A stretch of 63,552 bases of DNA, counting the filler, from Basidiobolus ranarum (taxonomy: Eukaryota), in assembly GCA_040143965.1 (NCBI GenBank). It is 41 parts of 41 records of this genome, joined end to end, with 100 filler letters (N's around TTAATTAATTAA, not from the genome) between each part and the next. Parts side by side here need not be neighbours in the genome. Positions count along the whole stretch, not along the records: positions 51,276 to 52,723 come from JASJQH010012030.1; positions 52,824 to 54,271 come from JASJQH010012031.1; positions 54,372 to 55,819 come from JASJQH010012032.1; positions 55,920 to 57,366 come from JASJQH010012033.1; positions 57,467 to 58,913 come from JASJQH010012034.1; positions 59,014 to 60,460 come from JASJQH010012035.1; positions 60,561 to 62,006 come from JASJQH010012036.1; positions 62,107 to 63,552 come from JASJQH010012037.1; 33 more parts are not named here. One strand, 5' to 3'. Each line of letters begins with the position of its first letter. The stretch's first letter is position 1. Position numbers and translations under genes: made by a program. Of this stretch, positions 51,609-63,552 are shown piece after piece. The notes below the pieces were generated by a model. It searched no databases. It worked only from the letters and a program-made list of their open reading frames with translations, and was not told the DNA's origin.

Positions 51609-52723
51609 TTGGGAAAAGTTTTGAGAAAATAGTGAAAATTGGTAAAAGTGAACTTATTTATATTTTTATCAATAAGAGCAATAAACACATGTTTTTAAAT
51701 GACAGAATTGAGTGCTAAATAATCAGAATATGAATAAACTAACTACTAAATATTGAGTTGCTATTTAACTAATTTCAACATTCCCACACAACTAATTATT
51801 TTGTATTTCACTTAAACCTAACTTATATCTTAATGATTCACAATATGCTTTAGCTCAAGGTTTGGTTAAGATATCAGTTGTCATTTCTTCAGTAGGGCAA
51901 TAGACAACTTCAATTGTATCACTCTCTATTGCTTCTCTAACAAAATGATGCTAATATCTATGTGTTTAGTCCTAGCATGAAATGTAAGGTTTTTAGCTAA
52001 TGAAATACAACTTTGATTATTTTCAAATACAGTAATAGCACATTTTTGCATGTATCCCAAGTCTGTAAATAACTTCCTCAACCACATAGCTTCTCATGTA
52101 AGAGCAGAAGCAGCCATATATTCTGCTTCTGTAGCGGAAAGTGCTACATTTGGTTACTTCTTACTGTTCCAAGTTATTGCTCCATTACTACTGAGAAAAG
52201 TGTACCCAGTTGTTGGTCTTCTATCATCAAGGTTCCTTTCCCAGTCTGCATTACTGCAGCCTTCAAAATCTTGTGCATCAGGAGTGGCAGAGTATTCCAG
52301 AACTAGATCTACAGTTCCTCTCAAATACCTGAATATTCATCTTACTGTAGTTTTCTGCTCAGATCCCGGATTTTTGAGGTATTGGCTGCCAGTTCCCACT
52401 GCCACAGCATTGTCTGGACGTGTTCCAACCATTATATACATATGACTACAAACCACAGATTGATAATGGAACTACTGGCTTTGATTTGAGTCATTTTGGG
52501 CCAAATTGGATGAAGTTTTAATTAATTTTGCATAGGGATCCATTGGTGTTGATACAGGCTTGCTATTCTCCATGTTGAAGCGTTTTAGGATGTCTAGGAT
52601 ATTTCTAGACTGATTCAGCATAATTTTCTGATTGGGTTTATCTTTCTTGATTTGGATTCCAAGAAAATAACTTAATTCACCCATATGAGTGATCTGAAAC
52701 TGGTTTGATGTGCTGATTTTTGT
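51609..52723 (-). mobile_element. Copia RT-RNase H with 3' LTR family C (51609-51780)
   Basis: GELSYFLGIQI, NADW, ALSATEAEYMAA, TGTTGAAATTAG. Confidence 0.88.
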
Positions 52724-52823
52724 NNNNNNNNNNNNNNNNNNNNNNNNNNNNNNNNNNNNNNNNNNNNTTAATTAATTAANNNNNNNNNNNNNNNNNNNNN
52801 NNNNNNNNNNNNNNNNNNNNNNN

Positions 52824-54271
52824 AAGATCTTGCATTTCAAACTTGGTAGATAGCCAGATCTTGGTTTGTATCATCAGATTTAAGCAATTACTAACTATTA
52901 TGATATCATTAACATTGTGAGCAATTATGACTTTGGTGGCTTTGATGGTCTTGAAGTATATGCAGTGATCAGCTTTGCTATAATGGTAAAGATGATTTGT
53001 GAAGATCTGATTGACTTGGGTATTCCATGCACAAGGAGCCTGTTTGAGACCATATAGACTTCTCTGTAGCTTACATACTTGGTGTTCTTTTTCTTTTGCA
53101 ATATATCACTCTGGTTGATCCATGTATATATCTTCATCAGTTTCTCCATGAAGTAATGCTGTCTCAATATTCATTTGTTCAATCCACATTCCTAGATGAG
53201 TAGCAATAGCTAAGATTACTCTCATTGAGGTAAACTTAGCAATAGGAGAAAATGTTTCATTATACTTAGTGCCATGCTTCTGAGCATAACCTTTTATTAC
53301 TGGTCTTGCTTTGTACTGGTTGATAGATCTATCTGGATTAAGTTTTGATTTCAGCATTCATTTCTTACCAGTAGTTTTTCTTGCAGTAGGTAAGTCCTTA
53401 TGGATCCATGTCATTCTTGATTAGGGAGTGAGTTTCATCTTCAGTGGCTTTTCTTGTTTCTTTCATTGTAACATATTTCAAGCTTGCATCAAATTTTCTG
53501 GTTCAGAAAAGGCTATATGTTCAGATATATTCCACCCTTTTTCTGAATTGAATCTATTAATTTCATGCTCTGATATGAGACATCCAAGGTCCTTAGTAGA
53601 AAGATCAGATATTTCACTTACAGGATATTTCATAGACACATGATTAGTCAGAAAACTATGGCCTTGTTTCTGAGCCTAACTTCCTGATTCCTGATTGGCT
53701 GAAAAAATATCCTTTTCTGATTACCATATTCATCATTGGCAGAGATAATATGCTGATTTCCAGAAGCTGGTTCTAAATTATCAGTATCTTCAGAGTAATT
53801 ATCAGGTTTGCTGGTACAAATTGGGGCATTTCCAATGTTGTCTAGTGTTTCACTACTTATATAGCTGCTTGATTCCAGAATATTATAAAATAGTTTGTTC
53901 TCCATGATTTCAATACTTGTAGTGAAGTTTGGATTATTGCTTGTTGGTTTTCTGCTAGCAATATATACCATAAAGATTGGTAATGATTTGAGCTTTATCA
54001 AATATTCATTGGTGGCTGATGTCTTAGACCTGGTCCCCAATGAGAAATTTGGCCTAATTCCAGTATCTATTTCAAAGAGAGTTTTAATGTCATGGTTGCT
54101 ACATGTTGGACTTCTATTTTGGAGATATGGAGTTGGTAAAATAGCTTCACCCCAATAGGTCTTAGGCAGATATGAGTCAATCAGCATTGTATGTGCTTTC
54201 ACCTCTTAAGTCCTATTCATCCTTTCTGCAACTCCACTTTGTTCAGCACTATAGGGAAAAGTAAATTGCTG
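52824..54271 (-). mobile_element. Copia integrase-RT, decayed
   Basis: YWGEAIL..YLQNRSPT, YKARPVIKGYAQ, IYMDQPE. Confidence 0.9.
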
Positions 54272-54371
54272 NNNNNNNNNNNNNNNNNNNNNNNNNNNNN
54301 NNNNNNNNNNNNNNNTTAATTAATTAANNNNNNNNNNNNNNNNNNNNNNNNNNNNNNNNNNNNNNNNNNNN

Positions 54372-55819
54372 TTGAGCAGCTTGGCAGCAGATGACAAGGT
54401 GGTTGTTGGCTACTATGTCCCTTGGGGTAAGGTTGAGCCCGAACAGTTGAGTCTTGATAAAGTCACCCACATCAACTATGGTAATTACAAGTGTCTACTC
54501 CTCGTTAAAGGCATGATGCTGATATCTTACTAATCTGATTTCCTTTCCTTTCATCCAGGATTTGGAGTATTGACTAAGAAAACCGCAGACCCTACTGAGA
54601 TCTTCATCGACAGATACTATGATGGTAACAGAATTCGTAAGCTGAAGCAAGTAGCTAGTGCTAAGGGAGTCAAGACTCTGATCTCCTTGGGTGGTTGGAC
54701 TGGAAGTCAAACCTTCTCCACCATTGTTCGTGACGCATCTCTACGCAAGAAGTTCATCAACAATGCTCTTGTGTTTGTACGTAAGAACACAAAGCCTGAC
54801 TATGATGCCAATCCCGACGGTTGGGACCTTGATGGTATCGACATCGATTGGGAATACCCTGGAAGACAGGCTGCTATTTGTAACGTTGTTGACAAAAGTG
54901 ATAGTGCCAACTACTTGGTGTTGCTGAAGGAACTCAGAGCCGCTCTTGATGCCGAGTTCCCTAACGAACACAAACTCTTGACTGCCGCGGTCAGAGTACA
55001 ACCATTCGATGGTGTCGATGGCAAGCCAATGTCCGACGTATCTGCTTATGCTCAATACTTCGACTTCATCAATGTGATGGCTTATGATATCATGGGATCC
55101 TGGTCAGCTACCACAGGACCCAATGCTCCATTCGATTATGACACTGCAAAGGGTGGGGATGCCTATTCCTTCCGTCAGTCAATCAACGATTGGATTGGTG
55201 CCAAATGGCCCGCTAACAAGCTTGTCATGGGAATGCCATTCTATGGCCGCTCTCTCACCGCCACTGTTGACATGAACGCCAATCCAAGCAACCAGTATGC
55301 ATCCAAAGAGAGTGTTACTCCCAAGGGTGATTCCAATGATGCCAATGATCCAAACTTCTTCTGTAACGAGGGAACCTTCTACTCAGGTATCTGGAAGTGG
55401 AAGTCCATTCGTAGTGACATTCTTCAGTCAGGACCTACCTCACCTGCCAGTGGCTGGACACGTAACTGGGACAACACTACTCAAACCCCATGGTTGTTCC
55501 GTGCCAGTGACAAACGCTTCATATCCTATGATGATCCTCAATCTCTTAAGATCAAGGTGGACTACACCAAGCAAGCTGGACTTCGTGGAGTGATGTACTG
55601 GGACATGAGCCACGACTCCAATGACGAATTGCTTAACGTGTTACAAGGAGTTCGTTGTACCGGATCAGGCTGTCCCGTCCCAACCATCCCCCCTATAACT
55701 ACTACCACTGCTCAACCTACTTCCACTATTCCCAGCAAGACATCCACCGCTACCTCCAGTGGTTCAGTCAGTACCGGTTCACCCAGCCCTACCTCAGTAC
55801 CCGGTATCTGCAATGGTGT
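54372..55819 (+). CDS. GH18 chitinase, near complete (exon to 54480, intron 54481-54558, exon 54559-55819+)
   Basis: SLGGW, catalytic DGIDIDWEYP, NVMAYD, GMPFYG, ISYDDPQS, GVMYW; Ser/Thr/Pro linker leading into the start of a CBM. Confidence 0.97.
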
Positions 55820-56012
55820 NNNNNNNNNNNNNNNNNNNNNNNNNNNNNNNNNNNNNNNNNNNNTTAATTAATTAANNNNNNNNNNNNNNNNNNNNNNNNN
55901 NNNNNNNNNNNNNNNNNNNATGTCAACTTTTTACTCAATAAATCAATAAGTGAAAACCACCAATTCCTCTAATTCTCCAAACCACTTCCAACAGTCTCCC
56001 AAATACTTTAAC

Positions 56013-57366
56013 ATATAATGCATACTACCATGCAACAGCAACAAAGGCCAACCATAAGAATTATTGAACCTTCCACTTTGTTGGATGATGATCTGATACC
56101 TGAGAGCAATCTACTAACACAGTGATCCATTACAATGCATACCCCCACAAGACCAAGACAATGATATTTGAGGGAGATAGTGAAGCTCTTCCTGATCTTG
56201 AAGAAGTCACAATAGTCAAACACAAACCTCAAGGTAGATAATATGCTCTGATGAATTCTGCCATGCAACAGAGTTCATAGCAGCCAGTCAAAAGAGATGA
56301 AGCATCTACTATGGCTGAAGAGGCAAGAACTACCAAATGCAAACCTCAAGGTGTGCAACTTGCTCCAACATGTACTGCCATGCAACTGTGGTCATGACCA
56401 ATCAAAAGAGATGAAGCTTCTACCATGTTTGAAGAGGCAAGAACTGTTGAACAAGAACTACAAGGTAGATGACTTGCTCCAACATGTACTGCCATGCAAC
56501 CATGGCCACGGCCAGTCAAAAGAGATGAAGCTTCTACTGTGGTTGAAGAAGCAATAACAGTCAAGCACTAACCTCAAGTGAGACATTCTGGTCAATGCCT
56601 AGAGCTGCATGCCAGCAGCAATGGCTGGTTGACCCATTAAGTGAAGGCTCCACATCAGAAGAAGAAACTGTCAACACAAACAAACCATAAACTAGACTGG
56701 ACAAGCCAATGCATACCACAGCACATCAATCTCAAGCCACAACTCATGCTGGCTGAGGTAGAGGAACTTCAGCAGGATCAAACCAACCAACTCAGCACAG
56801 AGGTTCAAGCAAAGTTCCTACTGTGGAAATAGTAAGGAGACAACAAAAGTAACAGAAGCAAATCAGCATATACTGCTTCAAACCTAGGCAAATGCTGAAT
56901 ACTTGTATTAATACTTACATTATCCTATCTTTACTGTTTAGCACTTCATGCAAAATCAATATGGACCGCAGCTAAATATAGCATAAATTGCTTTAGTTAG
57001 ATCTTGATTGCTTATGTGTTTATGAAACCCCAATAGCATGAAATTGTCTTATATCAAAAAAATTAATGATAGCCTATTAATACAAGCAATTTCACTAAAA
57101 TCAAATGAAAAATGTCGGTCAATAAAAAGCTTGCAAAGCCGTATTAGCTCAATATGGCTCAATCTATTCACATTTTCACCCAATTAGAAGCTTATATGAT
57201 TGAATGAATAATTTGCTGATCTAAGAATGAAGACTCAAGCAATCCTGATCATTACTTTAATACTGCAGACCAATTCATCATTGAGTACTGTGATTTGTCA
57301 CCAGTGTGCCAAAACTACTGGTGCTTTGTAATGCAGGAGCTGTTGTGCCCAATTGAAAATCCAGAT
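56013..57366 (+). mobile_element. Dispersed element carrying the 114-bp tandem repeat
   Basis: AAAAGAGATGAAGC recurs at 114-bp spacing. Reverse-complement homology to 37719-38305 and 57467-58420. Confidence 0.7.
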
Positions 57367-57466
57367 NNNNNNNNNNNNNNNNNNNNNNNNNNNNNNNNNN
57401 NNNNNNNNNNTTAATTAATTAANNNNNNNNNNNNNNNNNNNNNNNNNNNNNNNNNNNNNNNNNNNN

Positions 57467-58913
57467 ACTCAATGATTGATCAATCTGCAGTATGATAGTA
57501 GTGATCAGGATCACTTGATTCATCATTTTTAGATCAGCAAATTATTCATTCAATCATGTAAGCTTCTAATTGGGTGAGAATGTCAATGGATTCAGCCACA
57601 TTGAGCCAATACAGCTGTGCAAGCTTCTTATTTATAGACATTTTTCATTTCATTGTAGTGAAATTGCTTGTTGTGATAGGATATCATTGATTTTTTTGAT
57701 ATATGACAATTTCATGCAATCATTGCTTCATAAAGACATAAGCAATTGTGATCCAACTAAAGAGATCTATGCTACATTTAACTTCAATCCATATTGATTT
57801 TGCATGATGTGCTAAGCAATAAAGTTAGGATAATGCAAGTATTAACTAGAGCAAGTGGCAGTTGCCCAGCTTTGAAGCAGTACATGCCGATTGGTTTCTG
57901 ATATTTTTGTTGTCTCCTTGATATTTCCATGGAAGGAACTTTGCTTGAACCTCTTCACTGAGTTAGTTGGTTTGATCCTGCTGAAGTTCCTCTATCTTGG
58001 CTAGCATGAGTTGTGGCTTGAGATTGATGCACTGTGGTATGCATTAGCTTGTCCAGTCTAGTTTCCAGTCTGTTTGTATCTACAGTCTCTGCTTCAGATG
58101 TGGAGCCTTCACTTAATGGGCCAACAAGCCATTGCTGATGGCATGCAGCTCTATGCTCTAACCTGGAATGTCTCACTTGAGGTTTGTGCTTGACAGTTAT
58201 TGCTTCTTCAACCATGGTAGAAGCTTCATCTCTTTTGACTTGCCATGGCCACAGTCACATGGCAGTACATGTTAGAGCAAGTCATCTACCTTGAGGTTTG
58301 TGCTTGACTGTTATTGCTTCTTCAACCACAGCAGAAGCTTTGTCTCCTTTGACTGGCCATAGCTGTAGTTGCATGGCAGTATATGTTGGAGCAAGTCTTC
58401 TACCTTGAGGTTTGTATTAAGTAGAAATCTCATTGCAAAACCAGCAAAGCAAAAGACTCTGAATTATCAGAGCTGCAATCACTTGCTCTGATGATGAGTG
58501 ATTTAACAATTTGGAAACTGTGCAAAATGGTGCCCAAAATCACCTGGATTTGAGCCAATTGTGGAAAAACCAAAAACCAGTTGTTACTCTGAAGATTCTT
58601 GACTTATTTTGTGTGGCATATCCTGGGTTTTTGCAAGTAAATGGCAATTGAGCTAGTATAGGCCTATTCATGAAACATCTCAAAATGTATGCAATTATTG
58701 ACTTGGAAAAGAAAGAAAAGCAATTAAAAAAGTACTGAAGGAGCAGGAAGTTAGTAAACTCAATGGAAAAGCAAAGAACCCAGTGAGTTTAGGCTCTACT
58801 GTCCCACTGACCAAATTTTTCACACCATTACAAAGATCTGCAATTCCAGAGTCAGATATACTGGCAAAAAAGCTTAATTTCACCATGGAACCAGGTACAA
58901 CAGTTGGAAGAGT
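57467..58913. mobile_element. 114-bp-repeat element (-) joined to CACTA second ORF (+, from about 58425)
   Basis: Homology to 56215-57290 and to 39190-39680. Confidence 0.7.
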
Positions 58914-59013
58914 NNNNNNNNNNNNNNNNNNNNNNNNNNNNNNNNNNNNNNNNNNNNTTAATTAATTAANNNNNNNNNNNNNNNNNNNNNNNNNNNNNNN
59001 NNNNNNNNNNNNN

Positions 59014-59790
59014 CTGGTTGTAATACAATGGGTCAAGGAGCCTTCAGAGTATATTAACCTTCCAACAAAGGGCTCTTTTCAATGAGCTCATGGGTTTTTT
59101 GCATTATTTGAGCACAATAACCACAATCTAACTCAATCCATGGACTCAGAGTAAGTACCTCTTTAATTAGGACTAATTTGTTTGTGAGATAATCTGATGG
59201 TATTTCTAGGAAAGCTGCAAGACAGACTTGTTAGTGAGATAGATCAAGATATGAAGTATTATTGTTTCAGCTATGGGGCACTTAACTCAAGCAATGATGC
59301 ATCTACTGGTTGCAGGACATTTGTTGACTGCAAGTTGGAGATATTTTGGCTGAATTCTTATTGTAAATTTGCCAAAATCCAAGAGCTTGTTCTTATTGTG
59401 AATGGTAACAATGGTTAGCTATTTGCCATGTGTTAGTCCTATTCCAAATTTCAGATATTTAGCAATGTTTCCAGCTTTAATTTGCTGCTGAAACATATTG
59501 ATGTTGTTGAGTTATGTCTGATCAGTCAAGTATGTGCATATGTAGTGGCTGAACATAACAAGATTCTTGTATTTTGTGATTCTCATTATGGCTGGAATAC
59601 AATGCCTAGATTATTTAAATAAAGGCATGCATATTAATTTAAATTCTTATTGTAGTAGACCTGGTAATTTGCCTTTTGAAAATTTGTTTTTTGCAATTAT
59701 TGTTGGGAATTAAATAATGCATGCCAAATATGAGGATCTATATTTTACCATGTATGATTACCATCAAAGTACCATCAAGAAACTACAGTT
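59014..59790 (+). mobile_element. CACTA transposase C-terminus and downstream region
   Basis: Paralogue of 32715-33490. Confidence 0.72.
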
Positions 59791-60560
59791 GTAGTTATCA
59801 CCAACAGTATCTTGCACATGATAAGTACAACAAATATTGTCTATTGCTATCTTAAAGTATTTTTAGAGATCAAGAAAAAGAACAAGAATATTCAATCACT
59901 CATAGTTGCATCAATACTTAATTGATTACCGTAACTCTAACTTTAATCATAAGCTCCTGAATCAGAGCTTTACAACCACACAAGAATTATAAGATATAAT
60001 TGATTATTGGTGCAGCTACAACCATTTCAAAATGCCAACACAAAAATCAACACTAGCATATATTCAGAACACAAGAATTCAGGACCTCAACATGTTCACA
60101 AAGTTAGTGCTAACCAGCTAATAGATTCACCTCACAGTTTGCACAGAGCTGTGGCAGTACTTGATGCTAATGTGTTTGAAGCTTGAAAACCATAACTGTT
60201 ATTTTAGTGATTATAATAGCGCTACAATGCTAAACCACCCACTCTTGGCATTTATACTCAGCCACCAATTCACAGCATTTAATCTAAGCTATTTCTTTAT
60301 ATAAGTAACCCTTCCCCTCTAGTGAAAAAGCTTCTAGCCTTAGAACCATCAAAACTGCACCATATTCATTATCCTTTCTTTAACCAGATTCTCTACCCTG
60401 AATCTCAGTAGGATAATAAAGATTCCTATTGTAACTCAACTAGGCTTGACTATTGAAGATNNNNNNNNNNNNNNNNNNNNNNNNNNNNNNNNNNNNNNNN
60501 NNNNTTAATTAATTAANNNNNNNNNNNNNNNNNNNNNNNNNNNNNNNNNNNNNNNNNNNN

Positions 60561-60803
60561 GCCACTACTTCCGCTACCACTTCAAGTGCATCTACCACCA
60601 CTACAGATTCAAGCGTCTCTACCACTACAACCTCTACTCAGACGGCAACTCCGCCCATTCAAACTGTTGTGTCTACGGATACCCGGTGCGGGTATATAGA
60701 TAATGTGGCGGTCATCTGTCCACCAAGTGTTTGTTGCTCTAAATTCGGGTGGTGTGGGGCAACTTCTGAATGGTGTGACGAGTTGTATAACTTCAATCGC
60801 TAA
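60561..60803 (+). CDS. 3' end of a host gene: Ser/Thr linker plus hevein-like (CBM18) chitin-binding domain
   Basis: Hand translation: ..STDTRCGYIDNVAVICPPSVCCSKFGWCGATSEWCDELYNFNR*. Not in the ORF track. Confidence 0.88.
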   Translation, partial: ATTSATTSSASTTTTDSSVSTTTTSTQTATPPIQTVVSTDTRCGYIDNVAVICPPSVCCSKFGWCGATSEWCDELYNFNR

Positions 60804-62106
60804 TCGTTCTTTCTTATCCATACTGCATATGATACGTGCTTTAATGTCCCTTTTAATGTCATACTTTAATTATATGGATATCATCGATTAAAGTCGGATT
60901 TTCACTCATAATTCTATTGAATAGATTTTTAATAGTAATCTACTATAAGTCTTAGAAGTAAGCCATTTGATATTTTTTTGACTTTTGCATGCATTAAATC
61001 GTGTTTAAGATTTTATACCTGCTTCTTCAGATTTTTGATGGGTTATATTGCAGTTGAAGTAGCACTCTGTAAGTAGTAAACCTTTTAATGATAGACATAT
61101 AGTGTTATTTAACTAGAGTATAGAAAACATAATAAGGGATGAAGATACATTTATACCAAGAAAGACATATATTTAGCCTATCTGTGCTAGCTACAAGGTA
61201 CATTTCATCTGGGCGTTCTATTATAAAAAAGGATGTATGTATGTTGGGACTCCATCATTCCATACGAAAAAGAGAGATTTCTTAAATATACCAACTGAAT
61301 TATACTTGGGCTAGATACTCCTATTCTGTAATTACAATACAAGTATTTAGTGATAGATTAATGTGATCTTGACTCAGATTGGATACGGATAAGGTTCTTG
61401 ACCCAGTTGAAATGTGTACCTTCTAGAGAAGTCAAGAATGAATTCAGCAACTTTGCCTAACCCTGTGTATTGCGTTAGACTCCGGATCCATAGGACTTTA
61501 TTCCCTAAAAAGAAAGTACATATTAGCACCTGGCTTAACTGGATCATATATAGCTAGCGCCCGCAAATATCGAGCCCGTATCCTGAGATACATTGCAAGA
61601 GTAGCCTCCTGGTCCAATCACTCTTCCTTCTTTAGGAGCCCTATGTTGATATTTCCTAACACAAGGGGAATGCTTCAAGATTCGACTTGTTAGATATAGT
61701 GGAGTTTGAGACCAATATTATACACTTCAGAACTAGTCTGGCTCTAATCGAGGTCCAACTGCTACTGAAAGATCCGCTTAATATCGGACAAAGGTATATA
61801 AGAGCTAGTGTAGAATGTGAAATAGCCATCATCTCTTAGTCATGCTTTTCTCCAAGAAAGTCTTCGCATTTGTGGCAGTTCTTTTGCACTTAGCCATTGT
61901 TCAAGCAATCATCTCCACTACTAAGCGGTGTGGAGTCATCAAGGGTGTGAAATATACGTGCTCACAGGGACTATGCTGCTCAACTGAAGGATTGTAAGTA
62001 ATGATTNNNNNNNNNNNNNNNNNNNNNNNNNNNNNNNNNNNNNNNNNNNNTTAATTAATTAANNNNNNNNNNNNNNNNNNNNNNNNNNNNNNNNNNNNNN
62101 NNNNNN

Positions 62107-62564
62107 CTTTTCAACACTAGAGTTAATAAAAGTGGTAGTAGTGGTTTCTGTCATGTTGTAAAGATTTGAACATGGGGCTTGTAACTTATTGGGTAAATAT
62201 GGGCTGTTTGGAGGAACTATAGAAAAGTGGAGTTGTGAATAACTTTGTGAGAAAATAAGTTGTTGTCCAGAAATAAAGCATTGATACATTTTGGTAGAAA
62301 TACAGCAAGGTAACACTGGGGTTGTGTTCAGAACATCTGTGGGAGTAAAATGAGCTATTTTTGGGGCAATATGGACAAGTTTGAAATTTCCAATATGGAA
62401 TTGCTAATTCTCAAATTATTCACATATATATTTAATGTATGTTCCAAATTTCAACCAAGTGATATTTGACTAAGTAATGTTAACTAACTTATATGTGATA
62501 TATGAAATATTCAAGTGTATAAAGACAGGGATAGCAAATATGATAAAGACAATAAACTTCGATA
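62107..62564 (-). mobile_element. Copia family A 5' LTR (62187-62564), PBS and gag start
   Basis: MTETTTTTFINSSVEK; degenerate PBS. Confidence 0.88.
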
Positions 62565-63451
62565 ATAAGCTGTTTCTAAGCAATTTCATCACACCAAGTT
62601 TACCATCTGCAAGCTTCAATGCCATTCAAAAAGCATTCAAAATCCAGGTCAAAGCTGGCTTCCAAGCCAAAGTCTGCTGGCACAAAAGGAATAAAACCAG
62701 CAAGAATGGAGGACTTAATTGATGAGCAGTTTAGCAATCCACTATCCACTTTGGAAGGCATTAACATGACAGAAACTAACTCAGGTAATGATGAAGCACT
62801 AATCAATTGACCACATGTTTTCCTTTCCAGCAGTAGTGCAAGTGAAGAGATTGTAATCCCTCTATTACATAGTAAATCAATAGTGAGCAAAGTTCAACCA
62901 AAACACCTTCAAGACCATCAACTTCCAACATGGCTACTTTGCCCACTATTGAACAACCCTCCATAGAAAATTTGGATAGAATTATTACAGTAAGGGAATT
63001 GCTGATAGAACACTGTAATGATTTGTATGCAATCATAAGTAAACCTATGAAGTTGCTATACAGGCCATGACAAGCAATAATGCCGCAATATTGCAATTAA
63101 TGCAGGGTTCAGAAGCAACTAGGCAAAAGTCAGGGAGTCACTCAACAATGATAAAAGATCTTCAGAATACTGTACTTCAGCTACAGCAACATGCTGCTCC
63201 CTCCATATATTCTCATACGGGATTTCAATAAATCCCACATCATACATATGAATGTCACCATGACAATCTAGCAGAGCAGAATATATATTGGACCATTAAG
63301 CCTACGCAAGGTCTCAAAATTGCATGCGCACACAAAAGTAGAATATCATAGGAAAACTAGCAAACCAAAAGACTCTGGATGTCAGAGCTGCCATTACTTG
63401 CTGTGACAATGAGTGGTTTAACATTTTGGAAACTGCATAGAATCTTGTCCA
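62565..63451 (+). mobile_element. CACTA second ORF, 5' part, interrupted at 63452 by repeat family D
   Basis: Bridges 13299-13921 and 39103-39300. Confidence 0.62.
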
Positions 63452-63552
63452 TGTTGTGCACCAACATACAAAGTTGTTTAACTTACGCCATATCTACACA
63501 ACTTGCATGAATATCTATTTAGTTTATCATTATTGCTAACTAGTCACCTGAC

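Noticed and set aside
14022-60803. A gene cluster linking the peptide precursor, Gly-rich protein and chitinases
   Set aside because: They lie on separate contigs ordered only by length, so there is no evidence of linkage.

Overview
This window is not one locus. It joins 41 short contigs (1459 down to 1446 bp, sorted by length) with an artificial 100-bp spacer (44 N + TTAATTAATTAA + 44 N), so adjacency across spacers has no biological meaning. The DNA is fungal nuclear sequence: AT-rich, with GT..CTAAC..AG introns. An early-diverging lineage such as Zoopagomycota (Basidiobolus-like) is my inference from the chitinase domain content only. Most contigs are decayed, nested, CpG-depleted transposons: several Ty1/Copia families with a half-tRNA-iMet primer site, Ty3/Gypsy fragments, a CACTA/EnSpm-type DNA transposon with CCCTAACA termini and an unassigned second ORF, and an element carrying a 114-bp coding tandem repeat. 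The host-gene contigs hold RPS9, three GH18 chitinase pieces (one with a CBM5/12 tail), two other chitin-binding C-termini, and a mitochondrial nad2-like insert. The most notable items are two tandemly duplicated secreted repeat genes. One is a Kex2-type precursor predicted to release many His-x4-His 11-mers (HNGQQHVASVE / HNGEKHVASVE). The other is a Gly/Tyr/Asp/Lys block-repeat protein.
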